This document shows, in pieces, positions 55,211 through 64,000 of a stretch of DNA of 64,000 nucleotides. The DNA comes from the human T2T-CHM13v2.0 reference genome, Homo sapiens. The stretch's first letter is position 1, and every line of letters starts with the position of its first letter. Location: assembly GCF_009914755.1 (NCBI RefSeq), contig NC_060931.1. One strand, written 5' to 3'. A program made the translations under genes and the position numbers. The notes under the pieces were generated by a model. The model had not been told where the DNA came from, ran no database searches, and saw nothing but the letters and a program-made list of their open reading frames with translations.

Positions 55211-56839
55211 AAAGAAAGCATTTTAAGGAGGAGAATGTATCTGACTGTCAAATTCCATACAGTTCAAGGAAGATGAGGTTTGAGAGCTATTAGATTTACT
55301 AATACAAATTGCACTGATGGTCTTGGTAAGAGCAGTTTTGCAAAACAGTGGTGGTGAAAGCCTAATGGATTAAGATAGAGAATGAGCGCTCTCTTGAGTA
55401 GAGAAAGTAGAGCCTGTCACTACAGAGAATTCAAGGCTTTTGTATTGAAGGGAAGAAGCAAAATGAAATGAAATTGGCACAGTAAAACTTTTCTTTTTTT
55501 TTTTTTTAAGGTGAGAGAAATGACATTAGGCTGACGGGAATGATCCAAAAGAGAATGATTCTGGTCGAAGAGAATGTTGAGAATTGCTAGAGTCATGCTT
55601 TAGTGGGTGTAAAGGGATGCCTTTATAGTGCATCAATGAGGGGTTGGTCTTAGCTAACAGTATGAACAGTTCAAGCTAATTCTTCATAGCAGGAAAGAAG
55701 GTAGAGTGAATGGACACAGATGTAGGAGTTAAGTAGATGAGGTGGGAGAGTTTATGGAAGTTCTTCCTAAAGACTTCCATTCTGACAGTCAAATAGGTAT
55801 CAAGGTCATTAGCTAACAGTGATTATGGTAAAAGAGGTGTTGGAGGTTTGCAAAGAGGTTGAAAAAGTACGAAGTATCAACTAGGAGAGCATGGATTGGG
55901 GATATATAACATCATTGCAGCACAGTACTAAGGACATTGGAGGACAGTGGTCATGAGTGCAAGTGGAAGCAGTCAGCCTCATTGTGTGCTGCATAACATG
56001 CAGCTGTGTGGATGCAGGAGCCACAGAGAGTTGGATTTAACCAGGTTGTGTTTGGATAATTGATCACAGCAGCATACTCCACTCTCCTCATCCCCCTCAC
56101 ATTCTCATGGAAATATCTGCTTTCTCTTCCTAACAGAGGAATGTTGTTCAGAGATCTTGGTGATTCTGACTCAGCTTTCAATATTTTGCCTAAGGATGTC
56201 TTGCAAATGTTTTGTCTGTTGTCGTTCACTTTTCCTTTCCCATCCCACAGTTCATATGTTTTTCTATTTTCCATGTTATGCAATATAGTTGTACCCTGAC
56301 TAATTTTCCAAAAGGGGGCAAAGACAATCATGGAAAGAGAGGTATAATTAGAGCTTCAACAGTATCTCAATAATGTTCAATATCATTTACTGAGCATTTA
56401 TGTCCTGGGTATTTAACATACATTTCTAATCCTTTTAACAAGTTTTCCCACCTTAAAGGAAGGAAACCCTACAAGGTAAAATGAGTTGCTCAGCTAGTAT
56501 AGGCACAAGCTAAGATCCAAACCCTTTTCTACTTGTCCCCACAGAATTGACTCTGGCCACAGCTCCACACTCTCTAGCCCTTATTTGCCAAGACCAAAAT
56601 CAAGCTTTCATTGTCCCAGCTCTAACTGTTGCATATTCAAATGCTGTTATGTGGGCTTGCCCAAATATCCTTAGTCCAAGGTGTCATTTCCAGTCTTGCT
56701 TTCCAACCACTAGACCTCATCTGCTCCTGATCTTGGGACAAAAACTTTTGTTTTCATGTTCCAATCTTAACCCATTCTGCAACACTGAACTTTTACTGAT
56801 GTCCTCTTGTTCAGTTTTAAACCTCTGAACACCTTTGCC

Positions 56840-57059
56840 TATATTTATAATATCCTGGCACTATGACATTTTGGGCCAGATAATTTTTTTTTAATAGTGG
56901 AAGCATGTCTTGTGCATTGTAGGCTGTTTAGCAGCATCCCAGACCTCCCCCTACTAGATGCCAGTGGCACCCTTACCCTAATTGTGACAAACAGAAGTAG
57001 CTCCAGACATTGCCAAATGTCCTCTGGGAGGCAAATTCTTTCCCGATTGAGAAACACTG
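56840..57059 (+). mobile_element. MER20
   Basis: GACATTTTGGGCCAGATAATT...TGTTTAGCAGCATCCC...CTAGATGCCAGT...CCAGACATTGCCAAATGTCC. Confidence 0.85.
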
Positions 57060-57476
57060 GATATGAAGTAAAAAATTAGAGTTAATTTTAGTTTTTTGAA
57101 AATGTTTCTGTAATTTTATATTGCCACTTTATCCACAATTAAAGATAAGTTGCAGTCTAAATTCATTATAACAGTCCCTATGTTCCCATTATACTTTGAA
57201 ATAAATAAATCTATAATAACATTTATCACATTTAATTATAGTGCTTTAAGAAACACAAATATAGCATACATATTTTTGGCTATAAAACTAGCATCTCTTT
57301 GGTGACAGAGATCATGTAATTTGCATCTCCAGTGCTTGCAAATATCCTAATACATAATATGTGCTCATCTTCTACTTTTAAACTGTGTTGGGAGGAATTC
57401 CACGTGTTGGCTTTTTAAATTATCTAAGAGTACAGAATACCCATGTATTGTTTTGTAACCTTTATTCACATCACGG

Positions 57477-57495
57477 CCCTGCCATCTAGTGGCTA
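57477..57495 (-). promoter_or_regulatory. Candidate CTCF binding motif
   Basis: Minus strand reads TAGCCACTAGATGGCAGGG, a near-consensus core; motif match only. Confidence 0.55.
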
Positions 57496-58739
57496 ATTAC
57501 CCAAACTACAGGTACAATATCTAGGATGAAATAAGCTAACAAGCCGTATTTCTCAAATACAAAAATGCAAAATTACATTCACTGTCATAAGATAAAGAAA
57601 CTTCAGAACTCCTTTCATATATGTGCAAATATATTTTTCAACTGCTGAAATATTCCAATTTTTGACTCTTTGCTTAGTGAAATTAATTCACCTGTATCAG
57701 GCTTTTACCTCCCATATATAATTTTTTTTTTTTTTGCAAATGAGTGAATATATACCGATGTAATGTCTAAATTATCCCCCTTTGATTTTATACAATATCC
57801 TTTCCTAATCAAGCTCAGCCTTTCCTGCTTTTTCCCTCAGTTACCTCTCTCCCTGAAGAATCTAAACCATTCAACAAAACACCTGCCAAGACACAGAACT
57901 CAGAGAAATAAGAAGACCTAAAGAAAAGCTCCCCAGAGAGCAGGATTCATTGTTGGATTCAGCCCAAAGTTGTTCCACTATTTGGATTGAAATAGGCAGT
58001 TTTGTGCAGCAGGCTATTAGTGTGGTTACAGCATTGACTGAACTGATACATCAGTTGGATAGGGGTCCAACAGAATAGAAGGAAGGTGCGAGATAAGGTT
58101 GGCAATTCAATTTCAACTTTACTATTTAGCGTTTGAGAGGTCATAAATTAATTCATATTTATGAGTTACAAAATGTATTTGCTTTAGCAGGAAGGCATAA
58201 CCAAATGTCTCTAAAATATGCTGAATTGTTCTTTCACTTACCTATTTTGTTGAGATCATTAACACAGTTTGAAGTCAAATGCAGCAGATGCATAAACACT
58301 CAGATAGTTCTCTTTCTTCCTAATATTAGCTCCTGATACATTGATTTGAAAGATGAATATTTATTTTTAATACTGCAAACTTACCAGTGGCATAACCTCA
58401 CTTTTTCAATGTCAGATCCTTAACATGTCTAAAGAAGTTTAGGAAATTTAGATCAGTTCCTCATTGCATAGATTAAGCAACTGGGATTTTGAAGGGTTTA
58501 GCACTTTCTCTAAGGTAATGTATCTAATTATGGCAAATTATGTAGAACTCTCCACTGTTGAGAGAGTAACTATTAGCCCAGAGGCTGCACCATAATTTAA
58601 TGCCTTAGGCTGCACACACCACTAAGAGGATGACAAGATGAGACTACCAGGTTCAAGCCAATCATGCTTCACATCCCTGTGTAGCTCACTAATCTGCAGA
58701 AGTTCCAGCCTCTCTAAGTCCTTCTTTTTCTCATAAAAT

Positions 58740-59600
58740 CATAATCCACAAACTGTTATTCTCTCCACTTCTCCCCCTCCCTAAATAAACCCTTCTAGTG
58801 TTTCATGTGACTCTCATCTGTGTTCAGCAGTCCAGTCCCCTTTCCCTCATTTTCCCATCATCTCCTTGCCTTACCTTAGTTGAAACCTATCTGGTCCCTG
58901 AGAGAATGTCAGGGCCAGGATTGGAGGTAGGTGCATTCCTTGCTCTCTCCCATTGCTACTTTCAAATTATTTCACCCCTTCCCTCCTGCAAAAATCACCG
59001 TTCTTTTGATGTTTATGTCATCTGGATATACCACCCTTTCTTAGACCTTCTCACTATCTTCTGCCAACATCCTAGTCAAATCTCTTCATTTACTGAAGTC
59101 TTCCATTCCTGGCAAAAGGTCTTCCATTCTAACCCAGTTCCTTCCTTTATCCTTGGTGATTTCCATACCTGACTGGATGATGCAAAAACTCTCAGCTTCT
59201 CAGTTTCTTTACTTCCATATTCCAATGACATTTTCATTTTTTCCACTCCAGTCATCCATTCTGTGTCACACCTTGGATCTTTTCATCTCTTAAAAAGCAG
59301 CAACCCTTTCAAAAAATTCAAATAATAACATCTAACTTTCCTTCTACAACTTCCTATGCATTCAGGTCATTGATGCAAGTACTCCATACAACCACATAGT
59401 TTCTCAATGATGTGGGGACATTCAACTCTTTCATCTCACCACTTTCTTATCCATCAGTCCCCTCCTGCCATTACTTCCCATCTTGTTCAACCCAGATCCC
59501 ATAATCAATATAGTTCCCCCTTTGAAATACTTTCAACTCCCAGTCCTTTCTTTGCTTCACTTGAGCTGATCTTACAAAAAACCCAATCCATGGATGAACT
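58740..59600 (+). mobile_element. L2 ORF2 endonuclease-region fossil
   Basis: Pyrimidine-rich L2-like sequence encoding remnants ILGDF(H) (APE GDFN motif) and HTLDL. Confidence 0.6.
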
Positions 59601-59625
59601 CACTCTGCTTCAGACCTCTCTTTTT

Positions 59626-62600
59626 GCTATGTACGGAGATATTTAACTTTTTGTCTGTAGCTATATATGTAGAAACAAAAGGAAGGGCAGTTTCTTACAT
59701 GACTCAGTGTTCAGCTTAATTTTTTTCTTTTGGCATAGTGAGTTGGAGTCCCGAGTATTTATTTTCCTTTCACGTTTCTCCCCCTCCTTTTTTTCTTTTT
59801 TTTTTTTAAAGTCTTTTGGAGAAAGCATTTTAGAATAAAATTAGTCTCTTGTCTCAAGTTCTGTCTGATCTCTTGTGGCTAGGGAAATTTATTCCTAGAT
59901 AAATAGGTCTCATGTTATGAAAGCTCATTTTTACCATGTTGTAGTCTCACTACCACAAGAAAAAATAGGGGGAGGAAGAGAGAAACAAAACAAAGGAAAA
60001 AAAGGAGAAAATAACAAAAAAACAACAAAGGGAAAACAATCCTGGAAAAGTAATAAATAACATATTACTCTGAAGTCTATACATAAGATTGCAGGTATGA
60101 AAATGGTTTATAAATAGGTTGCTGTTATTTTCTTCCAAAATTTAACTTGCCTAGCTTCCATATTTCTAATCAGAAAAAAAGGGGCGGGGGGAGGAAAAGA
60201 AGGAAGAAAAAAATTGAAAACATGATTTTGGAGACTTTTGATCAGGAAAGATTTTAGAATTCAGTCCAAATTGTAGAAAAATAATAAAAATTAAGTAACA
60301 CTAGACAAGGCTAAAATCTAATAACAAGTGTACTATAGTTTATTCTGAAACATGATTTTTTTCTCTCTAATTCCCTAATTTTGTTAAACACAAAATCATA
60401 ATAGGACAAACTTATCTGTAAAATAAGTTTTAGTCGTATTATACTTGGCTTGATTATTTGCATAAGGTGCAGCAAGAATAATCATTTACTATACTGGCTC
60501 CCTCTTTTTTGAAATTGGCTTTGCTGGAAGCTTTTCCATAAGGAATCTAAGATTAGACCTTTTTAAAAGCCTCACGCCCAGCCAACAATTTATCTGTGCC
60601 TGCAGATACCTGTTTGAATTGGGTGAATTCCTCTCTTTTTGAGGTCCCAAGAAAACTTGGGGTTCCTGGGCCTATCATAAAGAGACATTCTTTACTTAAG
60701 ACAAGTCAGGACCTTGTAAAGGACAATGTATGAGGTCAGTTTTTCCAAAGGGCTTTTATCAACTCTATAGGTCAGCCTGCTCTAGATTGGATCAACAATC
60801 CTCATTAATACATCAGCTCTCCATGAGAGTCCTGGAAGTTTTCTCTCTATTCCAATGGCACAATTTCTAAAGTTACCAGAAACTTATATTTAAGAGTACT
60901 TCTCAGAGTATTATTGCTGATTATAAATCACCCCATAGAAGGATCAAAGTAAAACAACAATTGTGGATGACAAAGGTCTTAGCACAGTCATGGTTAAAGA
61001 CAGAATTGACAAGGAAATTGGGTTACTTTTGTGGCATACAACAATTTTACATAATAATCATAATCGCTACTGATAACATATATTAAGACATAACAGAATC
61101 ACAGGAATCTCATACAATTTTGGAACACATACTAATAACCCATTTATATAAACATAATCCAAATAAGGTTAAACACCATTTTGAATTTGACAATGCTTTC
61201 TGTATGATGTTTATTATACCAAATAAGCTGAACATGTCTCTTTTGGGCTTCAGAAGACCTAATATCAAAAATTAATGAAGTCAACAGAACTGAATTTAAA
61301 ATTTGATATTAGAAAGTTTGTCAAATATAAAAAGCTTAAAACACTTCATATCACATAGTAGAATCACAGGTTATTGTAAAATAAGTCATTCATTTAGCCA
61401 AAATTATAACTCAAAGATTTCCAAGAAAAGGCAAAAATCTTTATTGAGAGAGGAGGCCTTAATTTCCCAAACAACAAGCCCTTGAAAAGACAGCATGAGG
61501 CCAACTAAATCTGTCTCTCAAATCTTACAAACAAATGTATTAAATTTTAAATATCTTGACTAAAAGATATAATTTTCATATACCTTTTTATAACCTCCTA
61601 TAATTTTTTATTAAATAGTTGGTTAGTGCTTCAAGAAAACCTTGTTAATCTGACACAGGGGCCTAGATGCTGGTTTGCATTAGTGTGCTTTTGATATTAA
61701 TGTTTAATTTACAGAGAAACTCTGAACAAATTTTGTCTCTCAAAATTGGCCCTTACAACCTCAAATGTCCACCTGTTCTGCAATAGTCCCTGGGTCCAGA
61801 GGTATTGAATAGTTTTAATTTCTGGCTCTGTGTCTCATGAACATGGTGTATTTTGATTGTCATTTTCTCCCAGGTCTGAAAATGAGGCTTTAATTGTTGT
61901 CAGTGTTGAGATTTAGCAGGACTTAGTGTCCTTTTTAGACCCATGCATCAAAGCCCTGTAACTTGACAGCACAAGGACTTTTAAAGCAATACAGAAAGTT
62001 ACATGGATGAGATAACCTTAATTTTTAAAATGTTTAAATCTCAGTTTTCCTAAGCAAATCAAAATTTAGTAACAATGACCTAGGAATTATTTTGATAAAA
62101 TGTAAAATCCATTAGGCCATTTACCAAAAGGCAAAAAACAAAACAAAACAATAAAAACCAATCTTCTGCAGTGGGACTACTTTTCCCTATAAGGAGTCCA
62201 CTTAGATAACCTGCAAGTCAAAACTAATGAAAATGGTACTTGAATTAGATATAGGAAGAGTATGAAGCCAAGAGCACAGAATGTTATACTGGAAGAAAAT
62301 ATGTCCTTTAGGCCTTTAAGGTAAAACATTTTTAGCTTTAGGCCACAAGAGTAGTTAGAAGCTGAGTGAAAAAATTACAGGAGCTGACAAAAAAGTTGAA
62401 GGAGAATGGTATTATCTCAGTCCTTCTTGAAGGAGAGAGAGAGCTGAAAACAGTGAGACATGATAAAAGTTGAACTTTTGGGTTAAAAAATTAAAATCTT
62501 GTAATTTTATTAAGCATAAATAAATACCTTAAGAAAATCTTGTTGTTCTAACCAATTCTTTAGCATATTAGTTTATTTTTAATATCAAAGCCCAATCTCT

Positions 62601-64000
62601 AAAAGACTATTATAAATAATTTCCTTTTAATTATAGCCAACTTAATCACAGTTTTTTTCCATAAATTCTCCTTTTACAAACCTTATTGCAACTTATACAA
62701 ACCATTTCCAACATGCTTGGACTTGCTGTTTTGTCCTAAACATCCCTCATTCCTAAATAACCAGTGAGTTTACTTTAGGACAAAAATTTACCATATAAGA
62801 TTCTTTCTCATATAAAATTATTCCTTTTAACCTGTCTTATCAAAAATATCTCTTTATATCTATTACTTTCTTTACTAGTTCTTTTTACTTTGTTTCAAAA
62901 ATAACCTTTAAATAACTTTTGAATTAGACAAAAATTATTTTCCTTCAAATAAGATTTTTAGAAAATTCTTATAATTTAAAAAAATTGGAAATGACCTAGC
63001 TATTTAATGAGTATCTAGTATTTAATTTAATGTAAGTTTACCTTCCAAATTATATGACGTTTATTCCATTTACCTAATTTTTTTATAGTTTACCGAGATT
63101 ACTTATGAAAACATTTAAAGTTATTTCCCTGTTAATCATTTTAGAGCTTGTGAATTTCCTGTGTTTACCTAAGAAAGAACCTTAAGGTTAAATAGACGTT
63201 TTGTTTGTTTGTTTTTGCCAACAATGCAGGATTTTAGCTATTTTCATTAAACCAACAATATTTAATGCCTTCTTGATTAAAAAAATTACACAAACAAAGA
63301 TAATTCTCTTTTGGGATGTATTTATAGCTTTATAATCCTCATGACAAATTTTGACACCTTATAATATCTAGCAGAAATAAATATAACACTATTTGACCAA
63401 TAAATCTAAACAATAATGTATGTTGACAAATCTGAAGACACATCTAATTTTATTTTACCAATAATTTAAAAACCAGCTTATCTATTAGAGGTTTACTTAA
63501 GTCATGTGAACTTGAAAAAGTGTTTGGGCTTAAGGTTTCTATTTTTCTGATAAAGTATTTGATACAAAATTTTTTTTCTTTAAGCCAATTAATTAGAGCT
63601 CTTTTATATACTTTGGTAGTGAAGCATACACAAGACACGTAAATATGCAGACGTTTTAGATACACAGGTAGTATTAGATCTTATAGATCCATAAGACCCC
63701 TTTTTCCTCCTATTTTAGACATCCAATTTCTTGATAATCTGTTTCATTACCCTAGGCAATTGTCAGACAGCCCTAAATTTGCATACTAAAGGAAAAACTC
63801 AGGTAAAAATCAGATAGTGAAATTTATGTCTCAAAGTACATATATGCACACACAAACACACACGCACACAGAGATTGAGAGAGAGAGAGAGAGACTGGTT
63901 TGTTAGAGGGAGTTAAAAATGAATGCCAAGTCACACATAAAATTCTAGAAATCTACCATAGGATTTTATAAGGAGGCCAATATTATTTAAATAGGTAGTT
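59626..64000 (-). mobile_element. MER4-group ERV1: truncated 3' LTR (about 59626-59774), polypurine tract and non-coding internal region running off the window
   Basis: Minus strand CGTGAAAGGAAAATAAATACTCGGGACTCCAACTCACTATGCCAAAAG is a MER4-type LTR start, preceded by GGAGGGGGAGAAA; AT-rich MER4-int-like sequence follows. Confidence 0.8.
63846..63895. repeat. Compound (CA)n/(GA)n microsatellite
   Basis: Seen directly. Confidence 0.85.

Overview
Primate (human or great-ape-like) genomic DNA, AT-rich and dominated by interspersed repeats. I find no supportable intact protein-coding gene, RNA gene or CRISPR array, and nearly every long ORF in the track comes from a retroelement. The main elements are: (1) a complete but decayed betaretrovirus-like provirus, HERV-K(HML-5)/HERVK22 with LTR22-type LTRs (17825-25588), with a 6-bp target-site duplication (TSD), tRNA-Ile-type primer-binding site (PBS), gag-pro-pol-env and both -1 frameshift signals still recognisable; (2) a full-length L1PA6/7-like LINE-1 367 bp downstream (25956-32098), with a 17-bp TSD, dead ORF1/ORF2 and an open antisense ORF0 facing the provirus; (3) a 5'-truncated L1PA3-like insert splitting an MLT1 LTR; (4) a complete THE1 MaLR; (5) a MER4-group ERV running off the right edge; plus many Alu, L2, MIR, MLT and DNA-transposon fossils. 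The most unusual signal outside these annotations is a set of locally templated insertion scars: exact or near-exact copies of sequence 0.6-1.5 kb away, some stitched with inverted fragments (3864-4048, 15001-15031, 35173-35261, 48971-49042). There are also two strong same-orientation CTCF motifs and two candidate small exons. I do not see evidence for a genuinely new biological system. Repeat subfamily names come from recalled consensus sequences, all alignments were counted by hand, and both need RepeatMasker/Dfam confirmation.
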